Part shown: positions 1 through 8,692 of the stretch, in pieces | Layout: each line of letters opens with the position of its first letter | Position numbering within the stretch: the first letter of the stretch is position 1 | NCBI GenBank assembly: GCA_963810495.1 | Contig: CAWENP010000019.1 | Coordinates: 8,710 to 72,709 of the forward strand | Length of the DNA stretch: 64,000 nucleotides | Direction of reading: 5' to 3' | Source: an uncultured delta proteobacterium | Lineage (GTDB): Bacteria; Desulfobacterota; Binatia; Binatales; Binataceae | Notes under the pieces: model-generated | The model's input: only the letters and a program-made list of their open reading frames with translations | Told to the model about the DNA's origin: nothing | Databases searched by the model: none | Made by a program: the position numbers and the translations under genes

Positions 1-2
1 CC

Positions 3-989
3 GAGCGCATCCTGGTCGCCACCGGCTCGGGCGAACGGCTCTTCGGCGGGATGAAGGTTGGCGAGGGCGTGATGACCAGCCGCGAGGCGCTCCTGCACGA
101 CCGTCTGCCCGAAAGCGTGGTCGTGATCGGCGCGGGCGCGGTGGGACTGGAGTTCGCGTATTTCTACCAGGCCTTCGGCGCCAAGGTGACGGTGGTCGAA
201 CTGGAGAAGCAGATGCTGCCCGGATTCGACGCCGAGATCGCCGAGGAGTTGCGCCGCTCCTTCGTCAAGCGCGGGGTCACGGTGATGCTGGGGCACGGGT
301 ACAAATCGATGGAGCGCAAGGGCGGGCGCTGGACGGTCACGCTGGACGCCGCCGGCACCGCGAAAACCGTCGAGGCCGAGGCCGTGCTGGTCGCGGTCGG
401 ACGCAATCCGCTAAGCCCGAATCTGGGGCTGGAAAAAGTCGGCATCGAACTCGATCGTAGCGGCTTCATCAAGGTTGACGACTCCTTCCGCACCGCCTGC
501 GCGAGCGTCTACGCGATCGGCGACGTGATTCGTCCACCGCTGCTCGCCCATAAGGCCTCGGCCGAGGGCATCGCCGCGGTCGAGATCATGGCCGGCGTGC
601 GCGAGCCCGGGTTCGACCTGTTGTCGATCGCCGGATGCATCTATTGCGAGCCCGAAGTCGCCACGGTCGGACTGACCGAGGCGCAAGCGCGCGAGCGCGG
701 GATCGAGGTCAAGGTCGGCAAGTTCCCGTTTCGTGCGATCGGCAAGTCGGTCGCGGTCAATCAGACTGAGGGCTTCGTCAAGATAGTCGCGAGCAAAGAA
801 TACAGCGAGGTGCTGGGCGCGCAAATTATCGGCCATCATGCGACGGATCTAATTTCCGAGATCGTGCTAGGGCGGACGCTGGAGACGACGACTGCCGAGA
901 TCGGCAAGACACCGCATCCGCATCCCACGCTGTCCGAGGCGATCATGGAAGCGGCGCTGGCGGCTGAGGGCGAAGCGATCCACATATAG
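3..989 (+). CDS. lpdA: dihydrolipoyl dehydrogenase (E3 component), 5' end cut by window edge
   Basis: Frame 3 is open from the window start (ERILVATGSGERLFGG precedes the track ORF). NAD-binding VVVIGAGAVGLEFA, AIGD, and the C-terminal HPHPTLSEA dimer-interface motif are present. Confidence 0.9.
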   Translation, partial: ERILVATGSGERLFGGMKVGEGVMTSREALLHDRLPESVVVIGAGAVGLEFAYFYQAFGAKVTVVELEKQMLPGFDAEIAEELRRSFVKRGVTVMLGHGYKSMERKGGRWTVTLDAAGTAKTVEAEAVLVAVGRNPLSPNLGLEKVGIELDRSGFIKVDDSFRTACASVYAIGDVIRPPLLAHKASAEGIAAVEIMAGVREPGFDLLSIAGCIYCEPEVATVGLTEAQARERGIEVKVGKFPFRAIGKSVAVNQTEGFVKIVASKEYSEVLGAQIIGHHATDLISEIVLGRTLETTTAEIGKTPHPHPTLSEAIMEAALAAEGEAIHI

Positions 990-1172
990 CAACATTTTGT
1001 GTCATCCTGAGCGAAGCGAGTCCGCGAGCGGAGTCGAAGCGACCGTATTGGAAGTAAAGGGTCCCGATTTTCTGGAGCGTTCGCGGTCTATCTACGGTGA
1101 CAAGACACTCAAGGCGAGTGGCGCCAAACTGCTCGCCAAGGAGCGCGACCGCTACTGAGCGGGCTGCATCGG

Positions 1173-1916
1173 ATGGAAACCCGCGGCACACTCGAGATAG
1201 CGCGGCTGGGAACGGTCGATTATGCAGCCGCGCTCGCGCTGCAGGACGCGATAGTGGCGGCGCGCCGCGACGATCTGATCGGCGATACGCTGCTGATGCT
1301 CGAGCATCCACACGTCTTCACCCTCGGCCGCGGCGCCGACGCTCGCTACCTGCTCGAAGCGCGGCCGGGAGTCCCGGTGTTTCGCGTCTCGCGCGGCGGA
1401 CAGGTCACCTATCATGGGCCGGGACAACTCGTCGGCTACCCGATCCTGAAACTCGAAGGACGCGACCGCGACATCCATCTCTATTTGCGCCGGCTCGAAC
1501 AAACGATGATCGATGTGCTGGCGAAACTAGGCATTACGGCGGGACGGCGTGCCGGCCTCACCGGCGTATGGGTGGGCGAGCGCAAGATCGGCTCCATTGG
1601 CGTCGGGCTCCGGCGTTGGATAACGCTGCACGGTTTCGCGCTCAACGTATGCACTGATCTTGAGTATTTCGACGCCATAGTGCCGTGCGGAATCGCGGGA
1701 GTCGAGATGACGTCGGCCAAACTTGAACTTGAGCGCGAAATCGGCGGCCGCGAAATCTCCCCCCAATCAGACCTCGGCGCGGCGGCCGCCTCAGCAGTCG
1801 AGCAATCCTTCGCCGCGGTTTTGGGCTATGAGCGTATCTCGAACGCCGACGCCGCTGCGCTCTGGGCGCGCGTTGACCCGACCGCCGCCGCCTGCGAAGC
1901 TCAGATTCGTCTATGA
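1173..1916 (+). CDS. lipB: octanoyltransferase (lipoyl(octanoyl) transferase)
   Basis: LEHPHVFTLGRG, GGQVTYHGPGQLVGYPIL and KIGSIGVGLRRWITLHGFALNV motifs. 4-nt overlap with lipA. Confidence 0.9.
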   Translation: METRGTLEIARLGTVDYAAALALQDAIVAARRDDLIGDTLLMLEHPHVFTLGRGADARYLLEARPGVPVFRVSRGGQVTYHGPGQLVGYPILKLEGRDRDIHLYLRRLEQTMIDVLAKLGITAGRRAGLTGVWVGERKIGSIGVGLRRWITLHGFALNVCTDLEYFDAIVPCGIAGVEMTSAKLELEREIGGREISPQSDLGAAAASAVEQSFAAVLGYERISNADAAALWARVDPTAAACEAQIRL

Positions 1917-2788
1917 CCGAACGCAGGCATCCGGACTGGATCAAGGTGCGCGCGCCGACCTCGCCCGAGTACTTCCGCACCAAAGCGCTGCTAGCCGAGT
2001 TGCGGCTGCATACGGTCTGCCAGGAAGCTTGCTGCCCAAATATCGGCGAGTGCTTCTCGCATCGCACCGCCACCTTCATGCTGATGGGTGACGTGTGCAC
2101 CCGTAACTGCCCCTATTGCGCGGTGGCGCATGGCAAAGTGCGTCCGCTCGATCCCGACGAGCCGCGGCGTATCGCCGAGGCGGTCGCGCGCCTGGGCCTG
2201 GACCACGTGGTCGTCACGTCGGTCGATCGCGACGACCTGCCCGACGGCGGCGCCTCTCATTTCGCCGCGACCGCTGGCGCGATCCAGCGGCTTCGACCGG
2301 CGACTCGAGTCGAAGTTCTGGTGCCCGACTTCAAGGGATCATATCCGGCGGTCGAAACCGTGGTCGGAGCGCCGGTCGCGATCTTCAATCACAATATCGA
2401 GACGGTCCCGAGCCTCTATCGTAAGGCCCGGCCCGGCGGAAACTATCAGCGCTCGCTCGACCTCCTCGCTCACGCCAAAAGTTTCGGCAAGACTTTCAGC
2501 AAGGCCGACGGCCGCGCGCTCCTGACCAAGGCGGGCATCATGCTCGGCCTGGGCGAAGAACCGGATGAAGTTGAAATCGTGCTGCGTGACCTGCGCGCGG
2601 CGGGATGCGACATCCTGACCCTTGGCCAGTACCTGCGCCCCTCGCGCGACCATTTGCCGGTCGAGCGCTACGTTACGCCCGCCGAGTTCGCCGAGCTTAA
2701 GTCCAGGGCGATGGCGATGGGCTTTCGCCACGTCGAGTCCGGTCCCCTCGTCCGCAGTTCCTACCATGCCTGGGAGCATGTGAATTAG
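1913..2788 (+). CDS. lipA: lipoyl synthase (radical SAM)
   Basis: Auxiliary cluster CQEACCPNIGEC, radical-SAM CTRNCPYC, and C-terminal RSSYHA. Confidence 0.95.
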   Translation: MTERRHPDWIKVRAPTSPEYFRTKALLAELRLHTVCQEACCPNIGECFSHRTATFMLMGDVCTRNCPYCAVAHGKVRPLDPDEPRRIAEAVARLGLDHVVVTSVDRDDLPDGGASHFAATAGAIQRLRPATRVEVLVPDFKGSYPAVETVVGAPVAIFNHNIETVPSLYRKARPGGNYQRSLDLLAHAKSFGKTFSKADGRALLTKAGIMLGLGEEPDEVEIVLRDLRAAGCDILTLGQYLRPSRDHLPVERYVTPAEFAELKSRAMAMGFRHVESGPLVRSSYHAWEHVN

Positions 2789-3135
2789 GCCGCTTTCGGG
2801 CCCTCTCTCTGCCCTCCAAACCAGGATTCCTAGGGGCTTTGGCCATGCTGCCGGGCCGCATCCATTCGTTGCGCCCCCGCAACACGGGGTCCAGGGCGAT
2901 GATGCCGGGTCCCCCGTCACCCCGGGAACTAATGGAGGCATTAGCTCTCTTTATCATCATCTCCTTTTTTCCTTCTCATAGCGATTAAACGTCTCTAACA
3001 GTCGTGTGAGATGCTATAGATGCTCTATTGCCTTTTATTGGACACAAGACTGGAGATCGTCTAAGACGACTCGCCTAGCCGGAACGTGTTTTGCGTAACA
3101 GCAAGAGCACCCCAGGGTGGAAACGCCGGAGAACC

Positions 3136-3867
3136 ATGAATCTAAAACTCGAAGAGCTGAGGAAGCGTCTGCTCGATCCAACGGCACCAACCGCACCGCC
3201 GCCGGCTGAGACGATTTACAAGCGTAGCGCTGACCCGACTAGCGCGCTGGAGCCTCCGGCGATGACTAGCGTCTCAGATGCCGCCGAGCGAAGGAGCACG
3301 CCATTGCGGGATACACAGCAACCAACGGCCCAGCCTGACTCACTGGCCAGCACCGTCCTCCAATACGTCGGCGAAACCGCCGACCCGGGGAAATCCCGCT
3401 ATCAACTGGCGCAGGCCGTCACCAAGGTCTTTGAGTCAACCAGGCAATATCAGGAACGGCTGGCCGACTTGGCCAAATCGTTCGACACTATCGAGCAGAC
3501 AGCTCAGTCGGCGTCGCGCGCGTTCGAGCCGATCCGCGCCTTCGGCGAGCAGATGGCAAAGCTCTCGAGCACGTTCGAGCCGATGCGTTCGTTCCAGGAA
3601 CAACTCGGCACGCTGGCCGAGTCGTTCGAGCCGATGAAGGCGCTGCACGAGCAGATCGCGATGCTGGCCGAGGCCTTTCAGATCAATCTGGCGCAGTTCG
3701 CGCGCTCGATGGAGCCCGCCAAGGCCTTCCAACTGCAAATCGCCAAGCTGGCCAAGACCTTCGAGGCGGTGGGCGAATTGCAGAGTCAGTTTCTCGAACT
3801 GTCAGAGACATTTCGCGTCGCGTCGCGGACCGACAACGGCATCAACGGCACTACCGTCCATAACTAG
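3136..3867 (+). CDS. hypothetical protein with 17-residue tandem amphipathic repeats (FEPxxxFxEQxxxLxxx)
   Basis: ATG at 3136 (MNLKLEEL) inside the track ORF 3091..3867. No signal peptide. Pro/Thr/Ala-rich N-terminus followed by at least 6 repeats of 17 aa. I recognise no family. Confidence 0.55.
   Translation: MNLKLEELRKRLLDPTAPTAPPPAETIYKRSADPTSALEPPAMTSVSDAAERRSTPLRDTQQPTAQPDSLASTVLQYVGETADPGKSRYQLAQAVTKVFESTRQYQERLADLAKSFDTIEQTAQSASRAFEPIRAFGEQMAKLSSTFEPMRSFQEQLGTLAESFEPMKALHEQIAMLAEAFQINLAQFARSMEPAKAFQLQIAKLAKTFEAVGELQSQFLELSETFRVASRTDNGINGTTVHN
3523..3675 (+). repeat. three consecutive 51-nt tandem units, each starting TTCGAGCCGAT (coding repeat inside 3136..3867)
   Basis: Units start at 3523, 3574 and 3625 and encode FEPIRAFGEQMAKLSST / FEPMRSFQEQLGTLAES / FEPMKALHEQIAMLAEA. 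Confidence 0.85.
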
Positions 3868-3992
3868 CATTATGACGCGGCGCCACCGCCTGACGGGCGT
3901 CGCCGCGATGGTTTGAAAAGGGGGGTTAACCAAAGGCCGGACGGGCCGCAAGGCCCGGCCGACCGCTGGGAAAATCCAAAGGTGGGGGGACC

Positions 3993-4040
3993 GCGAGGGC
4001 CGCGCCGGCCGCTCGAAAGAGCGGCGAGCGCGGCCCTCGC
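3993..4040. other. GC-rich extragenic hairpin (13 bp + 2x2 internal loop + 7 bp, GAAA tetraloop)
   Basis: GCGAGGGCCGCGC-CG-GCCGCTC-GAAA-GAGCGGC-GA-GCGCGGCCCTCGC, read directly from the sequence. Confidence 0.8.
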
Positions 4041-4141
4041 ATGTCAGCTGCGTGCGGCGCCGCCGCGCGCGAGGCGCGCTTCGGGCATCACAGCAGCCTC
4101 GCGCACGCCGCTCGGCGCGCGGGAGAGCGTGGCGCCAAAAC

Positions 4142-4185
4142 GGCAGGGGCGGGCCGCTCTGAGAGCGGCCCGCCCCTGCCGTTTT
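4142..4185 (+). terminator. candidate intrinsic terminator (18-bp perfect stem followed by GTTTT)
   Basis: GGCAGGGGCGGGCCGCTC / GAGCGGCCCGCCCCTGCC followed by GTTTTCTG. It lies about 275 nt downstream of the 3136..3867 gene. Confidence 0.55.
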
Positions 4186-4200
4186 CTGCGGCATTATGAT

Positions 4201-4242
4201 GGGGCGAGGGGGCGCGGGCTTAAGCCCGCGCCCCCTCGCCCC
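4201..4242. other. perfect 19-bp GC hairpin immediately 3' of mlaA
   Basis: GGGGCGAGGGGGCGCGGGC-TTAA-GCCCGCGCCCCCTCGCCCC. There is no clear U-tract on either strand. Confidence 0.75.
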
Positions 4243-4248
4243 GAAGCG

Positions 4249-5082
4249 TCACTGTGCCAGGCGTTTGAGCTCAGCAGTCCGCGTCTGCATGTACGCATCC
4301 TGCACCGCGCCGTACAGGTCGACCGCGTAGCGGTCGGCCTCCTCGAACTGGTTGGGATGCAGCGAGCGATAATTCACCGCGTTGATCGCCTCGGACCCGA
4401 TGTCGGCCGGCACCGTCACATACCACGGCAGCAGCCAGCTCATCGGGTTCATGAGGCCATCGACCACCAGGCCGACCGTATCGCGGGCCGTCGAGGGGCC
4501 GAGGAACGGCAGCATGATATAGGGCCCCGAGTAGATCCCATAGTGCCCGAGCGTCAGGCCGAAGTCGTCGTTGTGCTGCTTCATCCCGAACCAGCTATCG
4601 GCAACGTCGAAGAGCCCTGCCACACCGAGCGTGCTGTTAATTCCGAAGCGCGCGAGTTCGTTAGCCGCGTTGTAGACGTGCAGCTGGAACAGATTGTTGG
4701 CGAAGCGCGGGATGACGCCAACGTTTCTGAAAAAGTTATTCACGCTCTGACGCGCCGGCCCGGGCAACACGTACGAGTAGCCCTTGGCGACCGGCGTGAC
4801 CACATACTGGTCAACGTTGATGTTGAAATTGAACATCGTCGAGTTGAAGGGCTCCAGCGGATCGGGATATGGTCCTCCCGACTCACCTGGCAACGCGCGC
4901 TCACCGGGCAGCTTCGGCGGAGCCGCCTGGTCCGCGCCCATCGCGGACTGGGCGAATGCGGTGGAGACGACCATTAGAGTTGCCAGCAGCGCCGCCATCG
5001 ACAGACTGGCCAGCCTTTTCGCATACAGGTTGGTTCGTATTCGTATAATTGGTTGACTCACGGCGACGTTTAACCTCCGCAC
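4249..5082 (-). CDS. mlaA: MlaA/VacJ family outer-membrane lipoprotein
   Basis: DPLEPFNSTMFNFN, GINSTLGVAGLFDVA and PYIMLPFLGPSTARD motifs typical of VacJ. The start is uncertain (an alternative Met lies at MAALLATLMVV). Confidence 0.85.
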   Translation of the reverse strand: MRRLNVAVSQPIIRIRTNLYAKRLASLSMAALLATLMVVSTAFAQSAMGADQAAPPKLPGERALPGESGGPYPDPLEPFNSTMFNFNINVDQYVVTPVAKGYSYVLPGPARQSVNNFFRNVGVIPRFANNLFQLHVYNAANELARFGINSTLGVAGLFDVADSWFGMKQHNDDFGLTLGHYGIYSGPYIMLPFLGPSTARDTVGLVVDGLMNPMSWLLPWYVTVPADIGSEAINAVNYRSLHPNQFEEADRYAVDLYGAVQDAYMQTRTAELKRLAQ

Positions 5083-5124
5083 CGACCATCTGGTTCGGCG
5101 CTGTTCCCCCCAGGATTACGGGGT

Positions 5125-5817
5125 CTACGACCCCATCGAGGCCTGCAATTGCTGTTGCTTGGCCTTCATATCAGCCATCAGTTTATCGAATCCTTGATCA
5201 TTAATCACGCGGTTAAACTGATTTCGATAGTTCGCGACAATGCTGATGGCGTCAACAGTCACATCGTAGATTTTCCAATCGCCATCTATGTCACGCAACA
5301 GGTAGTCGACCTCAATCGGCTGTTTTCCCGGCTGAATTATCTGGCTGCGCACCCGGGCGAAGCCTTCCCCTTCGGAATTCTGGCCCAGCACGGCCACGTC
5401 CTGGCCTGAATAATCCTGAATTTTGCTCAGGTAAGCGTTCTCAATAAAGGCCGTGAACAGTTCGGTGAACTGGGCGCGCTGGGTCGCGCTGAGCTCACGC
5501 CAATGGTACCCCAGCGTGATCCGCGCCATGTCTGCGAAATCGAAGTGCTGCTCGAGCAGGCTGCGCAATTGACGACGGCGTTGGGGAAGCGGCGTTTGCT
5601 TGTCGCGCAGCACCGGTAGGGACTTGTTGACAACCTGATCGACCGTGTCCAGCGGTGTCTTCGAAGCCCATGCCGGCCCCTGCGACGCGAGCTGCACCAG
5701 CATCATAGCAAGCATCGTACCCGCAAACACGCTCGTCGCCTTCCGTATTGGGGTAAACCAATCCCGCGCCGTACGGATGGCTCGAAGGTCGTGCGCTGAG
5801 TAATTATTCCCGACCAT
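5125..5817 (-). CDS. mlaC: phospholipid-binding periplasmic protein MlaC (Ttg2D family)
   Basis: Signal-like N-terminus, FDFADMARITLGYHWRELS, FTELFTAFIENAYLSKI, WKIYDVTVDAISIVANYRNQF. Confidence 0.8.
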   Translation of the reverse strand: MVGNNYSAHDLRAIRTARDWFTPIRKATSVFAGTMLAMMLVQLASQGPAWASKTPLDTVDQVVNKSLPVLRDKQTPLPQRRRQLRSLLEQHFDFADMARITLGYHWRELSATQRAQFTELFTAFIENAYLSKIQDYSGQDVAVLGQNSEGEGFARVRSQIIQPGKQPIEVDYLLRDIDGDWKIYDVTVDAISIVANYRNQFNRVINDQGFDKLMADMKAKQQQLQASMGS

Positions 5818-5834
5818 AAAGGCTTTTTTCCTGT

Positions 5835-6362
5835 TTACTTCAGGTCCTTGCCACTATCGCCGGGGGATGCGCTTTTGCCCGAGCCGCTGCCGCTGCTTCC
5901 CGAGCCGCCGGGGCTGGAGCTGCCATTGCTGTTGATCAGCTGACCGATAGCGTCCTCCAGCACGAAGGCCGATTGGGTTCGCCTTATTACGCCACCATCG
6001 GCGAGATCATGCTCGCCGCCGCCCAGCGAAACCGAGACATACTTGTCGCCAATTATACCGCTTGTCTTGATTGAGGCTATCGCGTCCGTGTCCACATGCA
6101 CCCCCTCGTTGATCCTCAATCCCACGTGAGCGCGGTAATCCTTGAGTGAAATGGAAATTACCTTGCCAACCTGCACACCCGCAATCTCGACCTGGTCGCC
6201 GACCTTCAGGCCGGAGATATTATCGAAGTTCGCATAGATGACGTAACCGTTGTGGTTGAACAGTTCGATTTTTCCGAGCCGCAGCGACAGGATCGCTAGC
6301 GCCACGATCCCCGCCAGCGCGAAGAGTCCCACGATAAGCTTGGTTGTCCAACTGGCGTACAT
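5835..6362 (-). CDS. mlaD: MCE-domain protein MlaD
   Basis: Single N-terminal TM helix. MCE core YVIYANFDNISGLKVGDQVEIAGVQVGKV. Gly/Ser-rich tail. Confidence 0.85.
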   Translation of the reverse strand: MYASWTTKLIVGLFALAGIVALAILSLRLGKIELFNHNGYVIYANFDNISGLKVGDQVEIAGVQVGKVISISLKDYRAHVGLRINEGVHVDTDAIASIKTSGIIGDKYVSVSLGGGEHDLADGGVIRRTQSAFVLEDAIGQLINSNGSSSPGGSGSSGSGSGKSASPGDSGKDLK

Positions 6363-6387
6363 TGTCTGCTCTCAGAGCCTCTGTTTC

Positions 6388-7197
6388 TCAGAGCGCGGCC
6401 GCGTCGCGCTCGTCTCCCGCGGCCCTGCCCGCCAAGAAGCGGTTGAAGACCTCGTCGTTGGCAGCCGTAACTTCGGTGGGCGTGCCGGTAAGCCTCATCC
6501 TGCCCTCGTGCATGAAGGCAACGCGGTCGGAGATCTCGAAGACCGCGGGCACGTCATGGCTGACCATCACGACCGTCAGGCCAAAGCGCTGCTGGGTATG
6601 GCGTATCAGCGCGTGAATCGATCCGGTGCGGGTCGGGTCCAGTCCGGTGGTCGGCTCGTCGAGCATGAGGATCTTGGGATTGCGGATGAGCGCGCGCGCG
6701 AGCGCCGCCCGCTTCTGCATTCCGCCGCTCAGTTCGGAGGGATACTTCCGCTCCATCCCCTCGAGCCCCACGTTAGCCAGCATCTCGCGCACCTTCACCG
6801 CAATCTCCTCGCGTCCCATGCGCGTGTTCTCGACCAGCGGAAACGCGACATTATCGAACACGGTCATCGAGTCGAACAGCGCGCCTGCCTGGAACAGCAT
6901 CCCGAATTGCTTGCGCACCTCGTCAAGTCCAGTATTGCCCAGACGGGTAACGTCCACGCCTTCGATCACGATCCTGCCTGAGTCGGCTCGCATCAGCAGG
7001 TTGAGATGCTTGAGCAGCACGGTCTTGCCGCATCCGCTGGGTCCCACGATGGTGGTGATCCGGCCGCGCAGGCAATCGAGATCGACGCCCTTCAGGACTT
7101 GCTGGGCGCCGAAGCGATGGCGCAGATCGCGCACTTCGATCGCAATTGGGGCACCTGTCGCAACCGTCCCTTTTCCGTTTTGTTCAACAACCGCCAT
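6388..7197 (-). CDS. mlaF: ABC transporter ATP-binding protein MlaF
   Basis: Walker A GPSGCGKT, signature LSGGMQKR, Walker B ILMLDEPT. It sits between mlaE and mlaD. Confidence 0.85.
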   Translation of the reverse strand: MAVVEQNGKGTVATGAPIAIEVRDLRHRFGAQQVLKGVDLDCLRGRITTIVGPSGCGKTVLLKHLNLLMRADSGRIVIEGVDVTRLGNTGLDEVRKQFGMLFQAGALFDSMTVFDNVAFPLVENTRMGREEIAVKVREMLANVGLEGMERKYPSELSGGMQKRAALARALIRNPKILMLDEPTTGLDPTRTGSIHALIRHTQQRFGLTVVMVSHDVPAVFEISDRVAFMHEGRMRLTGTPTEVTAANDEVFNRFLAGRAAGDERDAAAL

Positions 7198-7252
7198 CTT
7201 GCGTCATCTTCACCTGACAACGTTCGCTCGAAATTCTCTCGAAGCGCGGATT

Positions 7253-8032
7253 CTATAGGAGAATCGACGTGAGGAAATAGTCCCAAGCCAGGATCAGCAC
7301 GCTCGAGAGCACCACCGCCTCGGTCGTGGCGCGGCTCACCCCGGTCGCCATCCGCTGCGCGTGGTAGCCCTTGTAGCAGCAGACCCACATCACTACCAGC
7401 CCGAAGACCAGGGCCTTGTACAGGCCGGTCATGATGTCGTGGCCGCTCATGTTCTGCGCGATACCGTTTAGGTAGCTGCCGCCCGGCGCGCCCATCAAGC
7501 CCACGCCGATAAGGTAACCACCCCAGATTCCGATCACGTCAAAGATGCTGGTCAGCAGCGGAAAGCTGATTACCCCCGCGATCACGCGCGGCGAAACCAG
7601 GTATTGGATCGGATTTATCGCCATCACGGCCAGCGCGTCGATCTGCTCGGTCGCCTGCATCGATCCCAGCTCGGCCGCCATCGCCGACCCTGCCCGCGCC
7701 GTAACCATCAGCGCCGCCAGCACCGGGCCTAGCTCGCGCACCAGCACCAGCGCGACCACGGTGCCGAGCGCGCCCTCCGAACCGAATCGGCGCAGAGTGT
7801 TGTAGCCCTGCAGACCGAGCACCATCCCCGTGAACGCGCCGATGAGCGCCACCAGCATGATCGACTCGGCCCCGATCGTGCGCATCTGGCGGATCGTCAG
7901 CCGCGGCTTGTAGGGCGGCGTCATCGCGCACCACAGCGCGGTTGCGAGAAACAGCACAAAGTTGCCCAGCGCGGTGACATTATCGATCACCAGCGCGCCA
8001 AGGCGCTCGATCATCTCCACGATTCTCGACAT
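7253..8032 (-). CDS. mlaE: ABC transporter permease MlaE
   Basis: Polytopic membrane protein. RELGPVLAALMVTARAGSAMAAELGSM and EQIDAL motifs of the MlaE/Ttg2B family. Confidence 0.9.
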   Translation of the reverse strand: MSRIVEMIERLGALVIDNVTALGNFVLFLATALWCAMTPPYKPRLTIRQMRTIGAESIMLVALIGAFTGMVLGLQGYNTLRRFGSEGALGTVVALVLVRELGPVLAALMVTARAGSAMAAELGSMQATEQIDALAVMAINPIQYLVSPRVIAGVISFPLLTSIFDVIGIWGGYLIGVGLMGAPGGSYLNGIAQNMSGHDIMTGLYKALVFGLVVMWVCCYKGYHAQRMATGVSRATTEAVVLSSVLILAWDYFLTSILL

Positions 8033-8044
8033 CCGGATAGCCGT

Positions 8045-8692
8045 CTAACCGTGGGCGATCCCGAGGCGTGCAAGCTGGCTGTACGTATGCGTCATGCTGG
8101 GCGTGCGTACGAATTCGTTCAAATCGTCGATCACGTCGAGGTCGAGCTCCGGGCCGCGCTGGCGCACGACCCTGCTGGGCAAACCGAGCCGGTAACACTC
8201 CTCGAGATGGCGCCTGAGACTCTGGCCGCCGAAGCGGGTCGGAATAGCGCCGGCCGGCGCGCGCGCGATTATATTGGTGCCGCTTAAATCGCGCGAGGGC
8301 ACCAGCACCACGCCGCGCTCCTCTTCGGCCAGTTCGCCGAAGACCGCGTCGATATCCTCGCCGGTCACCAGCGGAATGTCCGAAAGGACCGTGCACAGCG
8401 TCCCGACGCCTTGCGCGGCCAGCGCCTCCGTCGCGAGGCGGACCGCCGCATTGAGCCCGCGCGGAAACTCCTCGTCGATCACCAGCGCGCCCGCAATGCG
8501 CGCCGCGTCGAGCAGCGCCGGGTCCGAACTGATAACCGCCACGTGGTCCGCCGCGCTCGCGCTCAGCGCCGCGGCCAGCACGTCGCGGAACATCGCCTCG
8601 GCCAGCGCCATGCGATCGGCGTCGCCCACGGCGCGGCCCAGGCGCGTCTTGGCGAAAGCGAGATGCTTGGCAGCGATAAGAATTGCGCGCAC
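8045..8692 (-). CDS. cofC: 2-phospho-L-lactate (or EPPG) guanylyltransferase, CofC/FbiD family
   Basis: N-terminal AKTRLG, central GLNAAV, SDIPLV, SGTN and C-terminal DLDVIDDL pattern typical of CofC. Assigned by eye only. Confidence 0.55.
   Translation of the reverse strand: MRAILIAAKHLAFAKTRLGRAVGDADRMALAEAMFRDVLAAALSASAADHVAVISSDPALLDAARIAGALVIDEEFPRGLNAAVRLATEALAAQGVGTLCTVLSDIPLVTGEDIDAVFGELAEEERGVVLVPSRDLSGTNIIARAPAGAIPTRFGGQSLRRHLEECYRLGLPSRVVRQRGPELDLDVIDDLNEFVRTPSMTHTYSQLARLGIAHG

Noticed and set aside
3868-4199. 9-nt direct repeat GCATTATGA flanking the hairpin block, considered as a target-site duplication of a mobile element
   Set aside because: There are no terminal inverted repeats at the inner boundaries, and no transposase or integrase anywhere in the window. 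It is kept only as a note within the hairpin-cluster finding.
3913-4977. 354-aa plus-strand ORF spanning the hairpin-rich spacer and running antisense through mlaA
   Set aside because: Its first third is translated palindromic spacer DNA (Arg/Pro/Ala/Gly-rich) and the rest is antisense to a well-supported VacJ/MlaA gene.
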